A stretch of 64,000 nucleotides of DNA. Source: an uncultured Acidobacteriota bacterium (GTDB lineage: Bacteria > Acidobacteriota > JAQAZP01). Positions 8,164 to 18,293 of this stretch are shown piece by piece (position 1 is the stretch's first letter; the number at the start of each line of letters is the position of its first letter). The stretch spans positions 1,824,001-1,888,000 of the forward strand of contig CAWIIB010000001.1 in the NCBI GenBank assembly GCA_963836075.1. Direction: 5' to 3'. Under the pieces are notes generated by a model, which ran no database searches, was not told the origin of the DNA, and worked only from the letters and a program-made list of their open reading frames with translations. A program made the position numbers and the translations under genes.

Positions 8164-10698
8164 CTACTTCGAAGTGCCCACGATGTAGCAGGCGGAGCTG
8201 TCGGTGTCGCCCGCCGGCGGGTAGGGCGGCTGGTTGTACGGGCTGGCCGTGGTGTCCATGGCCAGCAGGGTGAAGACGTTGGTTCCCACCAGCGAACCGA
8301 GCGACGGCAGGTTTGTGTTCCAGGAGGTGTTGAAGACGCCGCCGGCGGCGACGTTGGTGTACCCCGCCCGCCAGCCGCCAATGTAGAGGCCGCCGGCGAG
8401 GTTGATGTTGATCCGCCCCGAGATGGTCCGGGTGAACCCGCCGTACAGGTTCTCCAGGGTGACATACATCGAGGTGGTGAAGGGCAGCACCCCGCTGTCC
8501 GGTATGCAGGCCATGGTGGCGCTCACCGTGTCGGTGATATCGGACGAGGTGGTGGCGCAGGCCGCCGATCCGTAAGCTGTCTCGATACCGTCCCCGTTGC
8601 GGGCCTTGACCCGGAAGCAGTACTGGACACCGGACGTCAGCCCCTGGGCGGCAATGGTGCCCCAGGCGGCGTCGGTCCGCCAGACCTCAGCGGCGCTGGG
8701 GTTCCCGGCCGCGTCCACAAAGCGGTTGAGCCAGGTCCCGTCAGCGGTGGAGGAGCACTGGATGGCGAACACGGTTCCCGAGGGGTTGCCGTTGGCGTTG
8801 ACGTTGATGTTCAGGGTGGAGGTGGTGGGGCCGTTCACCGTTGGGGTCGCCGGCGTGTTGGCCAGGGTGTAGGCCGATGCCGAACTGCTCCAGCTGGTCT
8901 CGTTGGGTGTGGCGGCACTGTCCCGGGCCTGCACCTGGTAGGAGTAGCTGGTGTTCACGGCCAGGCCGCCCTGGGAGAAGGTACGCGAACTCTGCCAGGC
9001 GCTGTTGCCGTTGAAGCTGGAGTTGAAGCGATACTCCACCGGCGGCGAAGCGGCGTCGGTGGCGGTGACGCAGAGCATGGAGAGCGAGGTGGTGCCGGTG
9101 GCGTAGGGCACGGTGGTCCACTGCATGGGGTTCGGCGTGGGCGGTGTGGTGTCGCCGCCGCCGCTGGTCACCGTGATGGTGTAGTCCTCCACCTCGCCGT
9201 AGCTGGTGGAGCCGCAGGCATACGGGGTCGGGTCGTATTCTCCGTCCATGATCCGCACCCGCATCCGGGTGGCGCCCAGCGCGGCCCCGCCCGGCGGGGT
9301 AACGGTGACGGTGTACGGCCCGAGGCCGATCCAGCTGGTGGTGATGGTTTCGCCGGCGTCATCGAAGTCCTCGTCCTGGTTCCAGTCGACCCACATCCCC
9401 CCGATGTCGGTAGGCCATTCGGTGTTGAGGGTGATCGTCGTCAGGTAGCCGCCGCCGATGTTCATCTCGGTGGACTGGCCGGTGTAGTCGCTGTACCCCG
9501 AGGCGCCGCTGCTGTTGTCAATGGTTCCCATCTGGACCCGCTCGATGTACTCATAGGACGAGCTGCTGGAGCTGGCCGAGCAGTAGCCCCCGCCTCCCCC
9601 TCCGCAGAGCGAATCGCGGGCCGCCTCGAAGGCCGAGAGGTCGATGCGGGTGGCGTAGTTCTCGCAGGAGAAGGAGCAGTGGGTGATGATGCCGATGATC
9701 TCGTCGTTCTTCAGCAGCGCCGAGCCGGAGTTGCCGTAGGTCATGTCGAGGTCGAAGCCGTAGTAGGTGCTGGTGCGGTAGAGGACGTCGCCGCTGTGCG
9801 TCTGCTGCACCTGGCTGCGGGTGGGGTCGCTGTTGTCCACGCCGTAGCCCCAGTTGTCACAGGGGTCGCCGGAGTTGGCCAGGGCGGCGGCGATGGGCCG
9901 CATCTCCCCGTAGCGCTCGTAGGGCGTCTGGCCCAGGTTGTTTGTGCCCACGGTCATCACCGCCCAGTCGGCGCCCACGCCGTTGTTGACGAACTGGTGC
10001 GCGGTGATCGGGAACTGGTCGGCCACCGGCGGGTTGTAGGTATAGCAGCTGGAGGAGGAGGCGGGCACGTTGAACTGCAGCGTGTCGTCGTAATTGCCGT
10101 CGGCGCAGTGGCCGGCGGATACGACGCAGCTGTCTTCAGAGACGATGGACCCGGTGCAGCCCACCGGCACGATCCGCCCGCACCAGAGTTCGCTGGACAG
10201 GGAACGGTTGTCAGCGCCGCAGATGCCGCAGTCGTCATCGGCGCAGGGCCCGCGGGTCACCTCGACGATGTGCACCGACACCCGGTCGATCACCACCCGG
10301 TTCTTTTCGGTGCCGGGCCAGGCGATCAGCTCGAGGTAAACCTCATTGCCGTTGAAGTAGGCCGAGGTGTAGTTCCACATCGCCAGGGCATCGGCGTCCA
10401 GCTCCTGCACTTCGCCGTCAAAGAGCGAGGTCATCCGGATCAGGCTGCCCTCATCCAGCTTGACCTTGCCGAAGTAGAGCCGCATCCAGGCGGCATCCTT
10501 TACCGTGATCAGCTCCTCGAAGGCGATCTCCGGCTGGGGGCCCCGGTTGGCCAGCACGCCGCTGTCCAGTTCATAGGTTTTGAACTCACCAGTGGGCCAG
10601 TCCAGCGTCGACTGGGCCGCAGCCGGCACCGAAACGGCGGCACAGAGCAGGCCGACCAGCAACACGTTAACCAATCCTCTTCGAATGCTCAGGTCCAT
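8164..10698 (-). CDS. Secreted trypsin-like (S1) serine protease with GEVED domain, FN3-like domains and C-terminal NQPPY-GDTD domain
   Basis: Signal peptide; catalytic motifs SAGHC, DWAV and GNSGS; YGEVEDYTITV; FN3-like YSYQVQARD and YCFRVKARN. Confidence 0.85.
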   Translation of the reverse strand: MDLSIRRGLVNVLLVGLLCAAVSVPAAAQSTLDWPTGEFKTYELDSGVLANRGPQPEIAFEELITVKDAAWMRLYFGKVKLDEGSLIRMTSLFDGEVQELDADALAMWNYTSAYFNGNEVYLELIAWPGTEKNRVVIDRVSVHIVEVTRGPCADDDCGICGADNRSLSSELWCGRIVPVGCTGSIVSEDSCVVSAGHCADGNYDDTLQFNVPASSSSCYTYNPPVADQFPITAHQFVNNGVGADWAVMTVGTNNLGQTPYERYGEMRPIAAALANSGDPCDNWGYGVDNSDPTRSQVQQTHSGDVLYRTSTYYGFDLDMTYGNSGSALLKNDEIIGIITHCSFSCENYATRIDLSAFEAARDSLCGGGGGGYCSASSSSSSYEYIERVQMGTIDNSSGASGYSDYTGQSTEMNIGGGYLTTITLNTEWPTDIGGMWVDWNQDEDFDDAGETITTSWIGLGPYTVTVTPPGGAALGATRMRVRIMDGEYDPTPYACGSTSYGEVEDYTITVTSGGGDTTPPTPNPMQWTTVPYATGTTSLSMLCVTATDAASPPVEYRFNSSFNGNSAWQSSRTFSQGGLAVNTSYSYQVQARDSAATPNETSWSSSASAYTLANTPATPTVNGPTTSTLNINVNANGNPSGTVFAIQCSSTADGTWLNRFVDAAGNPSAAEVWRTDAAWGTIAAQGLTSGVQYCFRVKARNGDGIETAYGSAACATTSSDITDTVSATMACIPDSGVLPFTTSMYVTLENLYGGFTRTISGRININLAGGLYIGGWRAGYTNVAAGGVFNTSWNTNLPSLGSLVGTNVFTLLAMDTTASPYNQPPYPPAGDTDSSACYIVGTSK

Positions 10699-10940
10699 GG
10701 TTCTCGAGACCTCCAGAAATTTGTGATAGACAGGGCGGCGAATACACTTACGGGACCGTCCAACCCACTCTGTTCGGAAAGCGATGGCTTCATCGAAAAA
10801 CAGAAGCGGCGGCCGGAAAGCTGGAAAAAGTGGCCGGATCTCACGGCGTCAAATTCCCGCTTACTTGCCACTAATATAGGGAAATAGCCGTGATTCCGTC
10901 AAGTTGACAGGAAAACAGGTGAGAAGAGCCGGCAGCGACG

Positions 10941-12029
10941 CTATCGGGGCTCGGATGAGGTCATGGAACCGCTTCGCGGCATTTCCTTGAGGTAGACGTC
11001 GTGCTTGTTGAAGGGGATCTCGATGCCCGCCGCCGAAAACGCCTTGTAGACCCGGGTGTTCAGCGCGTCCACCACCCGGCCGCGGAACACCGGTTCGTCG
11101 ATCCAGGCCAGCAGCTCGAAGCGGACCCCCGAATCGCCGAACTCGCGAAAGCGCACCCGCGGCTCGGGTGTGTCCGAAAGGTGCTCCACGCCCTCCACGC
11201 AGGAGAGCAGGAGCTCCCGAACCTGATCCACGTCGCTGCCATAGGCGGCATTGACGCTGACCCGCACCCGCATCTTCATGTGCGGGCCGCCGGCCTCGTT
11301 GACGATCTGGGCGTTGGCGATCAGGGCGTTGGGCACGATGACCTCGATGTCGTCCCGGGTCAGCACCCGGGTGGAGCGCACGCCGATTTCGGTGACCCGG
11401 CCACGGATCCGGTCGTCCAGATTGACGAAATCGCCAAGTTTGTAAGGCGTGTCGGCAAGGATGAAGACTCCGGCAAAAAGGTTGGCCAGGGTGTCCTTGG
11501 CCGCAAAACCCACCGCGATACCCACCACGCCGGCGGAGGCGATCCAGGAGGTGACATTGATGTTCCAGGCGACGAGGAAGAGGTAGAAGGCGCCGCCGAT
11601 GATGATCACCCGCGAGCTGATCTCGAACAGGGGCAGGGTCTTGGGCTGAATCCAGAAAACGCGGTCGATGGACCGGCTGAGCAGTTCGAGGACAATGCTG
11701 GCCAGCCGCGAGGCGCCCACCAGCCAGACCAGAATGGCCATGGTCTTGATCAGCCCCAGCAGGATGTAGCGGGTGGAGGGCTCGAACCCCAGGTCCAATA
11801 CCACCAGGGCCAGGCCGGTGAGGACGATGCTCGTGAACACCGGACCGCGGATCACCAGCACCATCTTGTCATCAACGTCGGTTGCTGTTTTGCGGCTCAG
11901 GGCCAGGACCACACGGGCCAGCACAAACCTGGAAATGATGGCCAGCAAAAGCGCCACGGCCATGATCAGCCCCGACCTGACCATCGGCAATTGCAGCATC
12001 GGCCGAAAATCCGCATAGAGTTGTTCCAT
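10941..12029 (-). CDS. mscS: Small-conductance mechanosensitive channel (MscS family)
   Basis: TM helices; GIAVGFAAKDTLANLFAG, PYKLGDFV, IGVRST, VPNA and GIEIPF. Confidence 0.9.
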   Translation of the reverse strand: MEQLYADFRPMLQLPMVRSGLIMAVALLLAIISRFVLARVVLALSRKTATDVDDKMVLVIRGPVFTSIVLTGLALVVLDLGFEPSTRYILLGLIKTMAILVWLVGASRLASIVLELLSRSIDRVFWIQPKTLPLFEISSRVIIIGGAFYLFLVAWNINVTSWIASAGVVGIAVGFAAKDTLANLFAGVFILADTPYKLGDFVNLDDRIRGRVTEIGVRSTRVLTRDDIEVIVPNALIANAQIVNEAGGPHMKMRVRVSVNAAYGSDVDQVRELLLSCVEGVEHLSDTPEPRVRFREFGDSGVRFELLAWIDEPVFRGRVVDALNTRVYKAFSAAGIEIPFNKHDVYLKEMPRSGSMTSSEPR

Positions 12030-12193
12030 GGTCCCCCCCCGTTCGGTGGCCTTGATCAATGAACGGAACAACTATAGCCCAAAACCTGTTTCCTGAGAAT
12101 TGACGTGTTTATTTTCACGTTGCCGCACGGTCGGTCGTTGGACAGTATGAAGCCGGAAGCAGTTCCGCTCCCGGCGTAAGGGAGGACAGGAAA

Positions 12194-12571
12194 ATGAAGA
12201 GCAGCAAACGTATCATGATCAGCACCGCCATCCTGGCGGTGGCCCTGGCCGTCACACTGTTCAGCGTTCCGGCGGTTGCCGATGACTTCGGGCCGGCCAG
12301 CAGGATCGAGCCGTACAGCGACACCATCGGCCCCTACGAACCGAATGACACCATCGGCCCCTACGAGCGACATGTCCTGGTCAACGATCCCTCGTTCCGG
12401 GCGGATGAGGGCCCACCGGGCAGCAAGAAGCCGGGGGCGTACAGCGGATCCGGCAAGGCCCTTGCCATGCTGAGCTTCAAGCTCGGGTCGATGCGCTGGA
12501 GAATCAAGCTCGTGCATCCGGTCTGGATTCCGGCGCTGAGCATCTTCAGCCGCCCCGGGATCTGCCAGTGA
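12194..12571 (+). CDS. Small secreted hypothetical protein with short DTIGPYE repeats
   Basis: RBS GGAGG; clear signal peptide (MKSSKRIMISTAILAVALAVTLFSVPAVA); 27-bp-period repeat. Confidence 0.6.
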   Translation: MKSSKRIMISTAILAVALAVTLFSVPAVADDFGPASRIEPYSDTIGPYEPNDTIGPYERHVLVNDPSFRADEGPPGSKKPGAYSGSGKALAMLSFKLGSMRWRIKLVHPVWIPALSIFSRPGICQ

Positions 12572-12817
12572 CCCGGATGCATTGCTGCCTGCCGAAGGTG
12601 TTGTCGATTCCCACCATCAGCCGGGGCGTCAGCTCCGGCTGATCTATTGGCTTATCCGCACCGGCACAGAAATATATCTCACGGGGATTCACGCAGAGCA
12701 GGTTCGGGATCGTAATCCCAGCCATGGTTTTCCTCACAATTTTCCCTGCAACTATCTGAAATACAATCTATTGCGCTAAATATAGAGCACATTGAGTGCC
12801 AGGATCTTTCACCGCCG

Positions 12818-12842
12818 GGAACTTTCCCCAAACCCGGGCGTT
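12818..12842 (+). promoter_or_regulatory. ECF sigma-type promoter (GGAAC-N16-CGTT)
   Basis: GGAACTT at 12818 and CGTT at 12839, upstream of an operon that encodes an ECF sigma factor. Confidence 0.65.
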
Positions 12843-12915
12843 GTGACAGGTGAATTGGGAATTGAAAATCGCGGCCCCGCAGGCCGCCGGCAAAAAACCG
12901 ACGGAGGAAAGAACG

Positions 12916-13779
12916 ATGCGGATCAAGACTCTGACCACCCTGTTCACCCTGACCCTGATGGCCCTGCTCTCCTGGAGCGCCGGGGCGGCGGTGCTGGCCG
13001 ACGACGAAGTCCTGGAACCGGTGCAGGAGGAGAGCGCGATCTTTGTCACCTCCGGCAACGAGGAGCTGAAGACCTGGACCACCGATGACGGCAAAGTGAT
13101 CGTCCTCAGCGGCGACTGCAAGGTGGACGCCTTCACCGAAGACGGTGAGAATGTGCTGGTCAAGGTCCACGGCTGCGGGGACGGTGATGTCCACCAGCTG
13201 ATCCAGATGGGCGGCGAACCGGTGCAGCGGACCTTCCTCGGCGTGGGGCTGAGCGGTCTGACCCCGGAGCTGCAGGTGCACTTCGGCTCCTCCGAGGGCA
13301 CCGGGATCCTGGTCTCCAGCGTGACCGAGGGGAGCCCGGCCCAGGCGGCGGGCCTCCAGGTGGGCGACGTGATCACCTCGATCAGCGGCACCGCGGCCAC
13401 ATCCGCCTCGGCGGTCCAGAAGGCGGTGCGCCAGTTGAACGAGGGCGACACGGCCCTGGTGGAAGTGCTGCGCAACGGCTCCCCGATGAGCTTCGAAGCG
13501 GTGCTGACCACCAGGGAATTCCCCGGTTTCGACTTCAACTTCGATTTCGACCAGATGCTGGAGGGGGTGGAGGGCGCCCACAAGTGCATCATCAAGATGA
13601 AGAACGGGGACAACGAGTTTTACTACGACACCGAAAACCTCGACGAGGCGATGGAAAAGCTCAACGAGTATCTGGAAGGGCCGGAGTTCAAGGAGATGAT
13701 CGAGAAGCACGAGGCCAACGGCGAAAACATCGAAAAGCGGATCGAGGTTCTCGAGAAAAAAGTCGAGGAAATCGAATAG
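12916..13779 (+). CDS. Secreted PDZ-domain protein (no protease domain), paralogue 1
   Basis: RBS GGAGG; signal peptide; FLGVGLSGLTPEL...GSPAQAAGLQVGDVITSI; acidic coiled-coil C-terminus. Confidence 0.85.
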   Translation: MRIKTLTTLFTLTLMALLSWSAGAAVLADDEVLEPVQEESAIFVTSGNEELKTWTTDDGKVIVLSGDCKVDAFTEDGENVLVKVHGCGDGDVHQLIQMGGEPVQRTFLGVGLSGLTPELQVHFGSSEGTGILVSSVTEGSPAQAAGLQVGDVITSISGTAATSASAVQKAVRQLNEGDTALVEVLRNGSPMSFEAVLTTREFPGFDFNFDFDQMLEGVEGAHKCIIKMKNGDNEFYYDTENLDEAMEKLNEYLEGPEFKEMIEKHEANGENIEKRIEVLEKKVEEIE

Positions 13780-13852
13780 AATAATACCTGTTGTGGATCT
13801 TCCGGGCCCCCCGCGGGGCCCGGCATCACCTGATTGACCCGGCGGAGACGAG

Positions 13853-14419
13853 ATGGTCGAGGCGAGCGAAGCAGAGTTGATGGCCCGCACCAGGGAGGGG
13901 GACGAGGACGCCTTCGCCCTGATCGTGGACCGCTACAAGGACCGGGTGGTCAACTACCTCTGCCGGCTCACCGGGGACCGCGACCGCGCCGAGGACACGG
14001 CCCAGGAGACCTTCCTCCGCCTCTACCGCAACACGGCCGCCTACCGTGAAGAAGGGCACCTGGCGGCCTTCATCTTCCGCATCGCCACCAACCTGGTGCG
14101 GTCGGAAGAACGGCGGAACCGGCGCTGGCGGCTGTTCCGGGCCACGGTGCCGGCGGGTGAGAACGGCAACGGCGGCCCGCCCAGCCCCCAGGCCCGGCTG
14201 CTGCAGCAGGAGGCCGCGGAACAGCTTGGCGCCGCCATCGGCGAGCTGCCGCTGAAATTCCGGGCGCCGCTGGTGCTGCGGGAGATCGAGGGCCTCTCCT
14301 ACCAGGCCATCGCCGAGGCCACCGGCTGCCGGGAGGGGACGGTGAAGTCGAGGATCAACAGGGGCCGGCACCAGTTGCGCGAGCGGCTGGAGCCATACTG
14401 GATCGGAGGGGTGGGATGA
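13853..14419 (+). CDS. ECF RNA polymerase sigma factor (sigma-70 group 4)
   Basis: AEDTAQETFLRLY, LVLREIEGLSYQAIA and GTVKSRINRGR. Confidence 0.93.
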   Translation: MVEASEAELMARTREGDEDAFALIVDRYKDRVVNYLCRLTGDRDRAEDTAQETFLRLYRNTAAYREEGHLAAFIFRIATNLVRSEERRNRRWRLFRATVPAGENGNGGPPSPQARLLQQEAAEQLGAAIGELPLKFRAPLVLREIEGLSYQAIAEATGCREGTVKSRINRGRHQLRERLEPYWIGGVG

Positions 14420-14832
14420 GCGACGAGCGGATCAACAGAGAGCTCAATGCGCTGCCCAGGGAAAAGGCGTCGGCGGATTTTACCCGGCGTGTTCTGGCCA
14501 ACCTCCCCCGCACGCCGAAGCGCCGGATTCCGGCCTGGGGCTATCGCCTGGCGGCAGCGGCCACGGTGATCATCCTGCTGGTGATCCCGATGAGCCTGCG
14601 GCGCTGGTCGATGTCCATCGACACCGGAAACGAGGCGAAGCTCGCCGAAATCGAGGCGGTGCGCTCGGAAAAGGCGCTGATCGAGAAGGAACTGCGTGAG
14701 CTGCGGGAGAAGGCCGCCGAAGACAGCCCGGTGGTCTTCCTCGGCGGCAACGAGGAGGTGAACCTGGTGCTCGACGTGGGCGCCCTGCTCAACCGGAGCA
14801 CCGAGGCCAACGAGGGAACATCGGCCTTTTGA
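14416..14832 (+). CDS. Putative single-TM anti-sigma factor
   Basis: ATGA overlap with the sigma gene; short cytoplasmic N-terminus (ADFTRRVL), one TM helix and a periplasmic coiled coil. Confidence 0.7.
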   Translation: MSDERINRELNALPREKASADFTRRVLANLPRTPKRRIPAWGYRLAAAATVIILLVIPMSLRRWSMSIDTGNEAKLAEIEAVRSEKALIEKELRELREKAAEDSPVVFLGGNEEVNLVLDVGALLNRSTEANEGTSAF

Positions 14833-14925
14833 GCGGCATTGAGAGAAGAGAACGAGAGCATCGGACAACGATGCCGGCACAGCACGATGCAACCAGGCCC
14901 TGAGGAACGACGGAGGATCTGAACA

Positions 14926-15807
14926 ATGACGTGGGATACATGGAAAAAAATGCTGGCCACCGGCTGCGCCCTGGCGGGCCTGGTGCTGCTCAGCGCTGCG
15001 GCGCCGGCCGCGGTGCTCCCCGACGACGAAGAGAGCGCCGCACCGGCGGTGCAGGGGAAGGCCGTGGGCAAGGTCAACGTCAAGGTCATCGGCGACGACC
15101 ACGGCGATCATGTGGTCCACTGGGTGGGCTCGGCGGCAAAACGGGGCTATCTCGGCGTGGCGCTGAACCCGCTGAGCGCCGAACTGCAAAAGCACTTCGG
15201 CGCCCCGGAGGGCAGCGGCGTGATGGTGGGTTCGGTGGTGGAGGGCAGCCCGGCCCATTCCGCCGGCCTCAAGGTGGGTGACGTGATCACCGCCATCGAC
15301 GGCAACGAGGTTGGATCACCCTCCGACGTCCAGCGGATCATCCGCGAAAAGGAGGAGGGGGAAACGGCAACCATCGCACTGGTCCGGGGGGGCGTCCCGA
15401 TGACCGTGGAGGCCACGGCGGGCGTGAAGGAGATGCAGGAGTTCGACATCGGCCTGCTGGGCGACATCGGTGACCTGAAGAAAAAGGCCTTCTTTATCTC
15501 CAGCGGCATGGAAGGCGGCAACATGGTCTTCGAGACCATGGACGGCGAGATCAAGGTGGACCTGGACGATCAGATGGAGCAGCTGGAAAACATCTTCATC
15601 GAAAAAATCGGCGATTCCGACGACCTGATCTACTTCGACACCGAGACGTTCAACGAGTCGATGAAGGAAGTGCACGAATACCTCGCCAGCCCCGAGTTCC
15701 AGGAGAAGCTCAAAGCCCTCCAGGAACGCGAAGTCGAGCTCCAGCAGCGGCTGGAAGAGCTGGAAGTGAAACTGGAAAAGCTGGAGGAGGTGCACGAAGA
15801 AGAGTAG
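14926..15807 (+). CDS. Secreted PDZ-domain protein, paralogue 2
   Basis: Signal peptide; GYLGVALNPLSAEL...GSPAHSAGLKVGDVITAIDG; C-terminus homologous to paralogue 1. Confidence 0.85.
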   Translation: MTWDTWKKMLATGCALAGLVLLSAAAPAAVLPDDEESAAPAVQGKAVGKVNVKVIGDDHGDHVVHWVGSAAKRGYLGVALNPLSAELQKHFGAPEGSGVMVGSVVEGSPAHSAGLKVGDVITAIDGNEVGSPSDVQRIIREKEEGETATIALVRGGVPMTVEATAGVKEMQEFDIGLLGDIGDLKKKAFFISSGMEGGNMVFETMDGEIKVDLDDQMEQLENIFIEKIGDSDDLIYFDTETFNESMKEVHEYLASPEFQEKLKALQEREVELQQRLEELEVKLEKLEEVHEEE

Positions 15808-15831
15808 CCCAGCCACTCCGTCGATCCCCTT

Positions 15832-15864
15832 AAAGCCCCCTGGTCCACCAGCCGGGGGGCTTTT
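15832..15864 (+). terminator. Intrinsic terminator of the ECF/PDZ operon
   Basis: aaagccccc...ggggggc-tttt stem-loop with U-tract. Confidence 0.7.
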
Positions 15865-15880
15865 CTCCGTACGGCGGCAA

Positions 15881-15908
15881 TTGACAGCGTCCGAATATCC
15901 ACTATGCT
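15881..15908 (+). promoter_or_regulatory. Sigma70-like promoter
   Basis: TTGACA-N16-TATGCT upstream of the C25-like gene. Confidence 0.5.
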
Positions 15909-15960
15909 GAGCAGTGGGATTTGAAGGTTTCACAATACATCTCTTCTGGTGGTGCAAAAG

Positions 15961-18252
15961 ATGACGAGTTTTCCCCGAACAGCCGGCCCCGGACACCGAA
16001 CCGGCGCTTTGATGCTGTCCCTGCTCCTGGCCCTGTCCATCCTTTTCTGGACCGCTCCGGCCGGTGCGGATCCATACGACGCCAGCGGGATCCAGACGCT
16101 GCGCTGGACCGGCCCCCAGCCGCCCCTGTCCTTTGCCCAATGGTCGGCGCGGCAGGTCCGCGAGCCGTTCCGGGTCCGCCACCTGCACTCCATGGACGGC
16201 GGCCGGGGCAGCGGCAACAAGGTCCTGGTCCTGGTCAACGAGGGGCTGCGGCCGTCCATCGAGGTCAACCTGGCCCGCTACGTGGCCGATATCGCCGGCC
16301 AGGGCTGGGACCTGGAGGTCTTTGAGACCGGCGGCGGCACACCGGAGACACTGAAGGCGTTCATCCTCGACCACTCCGCGGGGCTGGCCGCGGTGGTCTT
16401 CTTCGGCCGGATGCCCACGCCCTGGTATGAATCGGACGAGGAGTTCCCCTTCGACTACTTCTACATGGAACTGGACGGTCTGTGGATCGATGCCGACGAA
16501 GACGGGATGTACGACGCGCTGGAGGCCGGCGACGGCGACCAGGGACCGGAGATCTTCGTGGCCCACATCGACGCCTCGATGATGACCTGGTGGGACGAAG
16601 CCGACTCGGTGAACCGCTACCTGGACAAGGACCACGCCTTCTGGAGCGGCGCCATCACCTGCACCGACTACGGCCTGACCTACACCGAGGACGACTGGGC
16701 CAGCGGCGCCGACATTTGCACCGCCATGCGCTACGGCTACCCGGCCTACCACGAAATCCGCGCGCCCGAGACCCACCGCGACGACTACGTGCTGAACAGG
16801 CTCACCGAACCGGCCTACGAGTTCATCCAGCTGGCCTGCCACTCCTGGTCCGGCGGCCACGGCTTCACCCGGGGCGGCACCTGCAGCAGCTGGCGGGTGG
16901 CCAATACCGAACCCGAGGCGCTGTTCTACAACCTCTTCTGCTGCAGCGCCCTGCGCTGGGTCGAGGACAACCACCTGGGCGGGGCCTATATCTTCAACCC
17001 CGGCACCACCAGCCTGGCCACAGTGGGCAGCACCAAGAGCGGCTCGATGCTCAACTTCGAGTGGTTCTACGAACCCTGGGGTTCCGGCGTCTCGCTGGGC
17101 GAGTCGCTGCAGGTCTGGTTCGAGAAGGTGGCGCCCTTCGAACAGTGGGAGATCGACTGGCACATGGGCATGTCGATCACCGGCGACCCCTTCCTCAAGC
17201 GGACCAACCCCTCGCCGGTGAAACCGCAGATCCTCGTCGGCCCCGGCCCGCTGGCCGGCCAGGACCCCTTTGTCCGGGGCTACGGTACCGATGGCATGGC
17301 CCGCCCCTACACCGAGTTTGACCCCTATTCCTGGCTCAACGGCTGGGGCACGCAGCTGGCCACCGGTGACCTGGGCGGGGACGGGATGGTGGACATCGTC
17401 ACCGGCACCGGACCCGGTCCGGACACCCCGCCGGTGGTGCGGGCCTATGACCTGGGCGGCACGGTCCACACGGGTTTGAACTTTCGGCCCTACGGCACCA
17501 CCGGCTGGGGTATCGAGGTGGCCTGCGGCGACCTGGACGGCGACGGCCGTGACGAGATCGTCACCGGGCCGGGACCGGGACCGGTGGCCGGCCCGCACGT
17601 GCGGGCCTTCACCTGGGACGGCGATACGATCGCGCCCCTGACGGGAACGAACTTCCAGGCGTACGGAACGCTCAAATACGGGGTCAAGGTGGCCTGCGGC
17701 GACCTGGACGGTGACGGGTTCGACGAGATCGTTACCGGCGCCGGCGCCGGCGCGGTCTTCGGGCCGCATGTCCGGGGCTGGAACGTGGACGGCGGACCGG
17801 CCGCGGCCCTCCCGGGAATCAGCTTCTTCGCCTACAACACACTGCGCTGGGGCGTCAACGTGGCCTGCGGCGACCTGGACGGCGACGGCCGCGACGAAAT
17901 CGTCACCGGGCCGGGACCGGGGGATATCTTCGGGGCCCACATCCGGGCCTGGCGGGTCAGCGGCGGCAGCGCCTGGCCCCTGCCCGGAGCCAGCCTGCTG
18001 GCCTACCCGGCAAGCTGGCGCCGCGGTGCACGGGTCGCCTGCGCCGACCTCGATGGCGACGGCCGGGACGAGATCATCACCGCTCCCGGGCCCGATCCGC
18101 TGAACAGCGCGCACATCCGCGGGTTCCGCTACACCGGCGGGACCCTGGTCCCCCTGGACAACCCCGACTTCATCGCCTGGGGGGACGAGGGATATCGGGG
18201 AGGGGCGACGCTGGCCGCGGTGGACCTGGCCGGGGCCAGGATGGCCCGCTGA
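15961..18252 (+). CDS. Secreted peptidase C25 (gingipain)-like protein with C-terminal FG-GAP 'GPHVRG' module
   Basis: DYFYMELDG, PEIFVAHID, LACHS (His), FYNLFCCS (Cys), SLGES and ITGDP resemble C25 motifs; five GDLDGDG-type repeats. The start is uncertain (15949 or 15961). Confidence 0.7.
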   Translation: MTSFPRTAGPGHRTGALMLSLLLALSILFWTAPAGADPYDASGIQTLRWTGPQPPLSFAQWSARQVREPFRVRHLHSMDGGRGSGNKVLVLVNEGLRPSIEVNLARYVADIAGQGWDLEVFETGGGTPETLKAFILDHSAGLAAVVFFGRMPTPWYESDEEFPFDYFYMELDGLWIDADEDGMYDALEAGDGDQGPEIFVAHIDASMMTWWDEADSVNRYLDKDHAFWSGAITCTDYGLTYTEDDWASGADICTAMRYGYPAYHEIRAPETHRDDYVLNRLTEPAYEFIQLACHSWSGGHGFTRGGTCSSWRVANTEPEALFYNLFCCSALRWVEDNHLGGAYIFNPGTTSLATVGSTKSGSMLNFEWFYEPWGSGVSLGESLQVWFEKVAPFEQWEIDWHMGMSITGDPFLKRTNPSPVKPQILVGPGPLAGQDPFVRGYGTDGMARPYTEFDPYSWLNGWGTQLATGDLGGDGMVDIVTGTGPGPDTPPVVRAYDLGGTVHTGLNFRPYGTTGWGIEVACGDLDGDGRDEIVTGPGPGPVAGPHVRAFTWDGDTIAPLTGTNFQAYGTLKYGVKVACGDLDGDGFDEIVTGAGAGAVFGPHVRGWNVDGGPAAALPGISFFAYNTLRWGVNVACGDLDGDGRDEIVTGPGPGDIFGAHIRAWRVSGGSAWPLPGASLLAYPASWRRGARVACADLDGDGRDEIITAPGPDPLNSAHIRGFRYTGGTLVPLDNPDFIAWGDEGYRGGATLAAVDLAGARMAR

Positions 18253-18293
18253 CCAATCTTGACCGCACCGGGTCGATTCCCTACCCTTGAACC

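Noticed and set aside
12735-12790. AT-rich stretch as an attachment site or island boundary
   Set aside because: There is no matching direct repeat, tRNA or integrase. It is better explained as promoter-upstream, IHF-like DNA.
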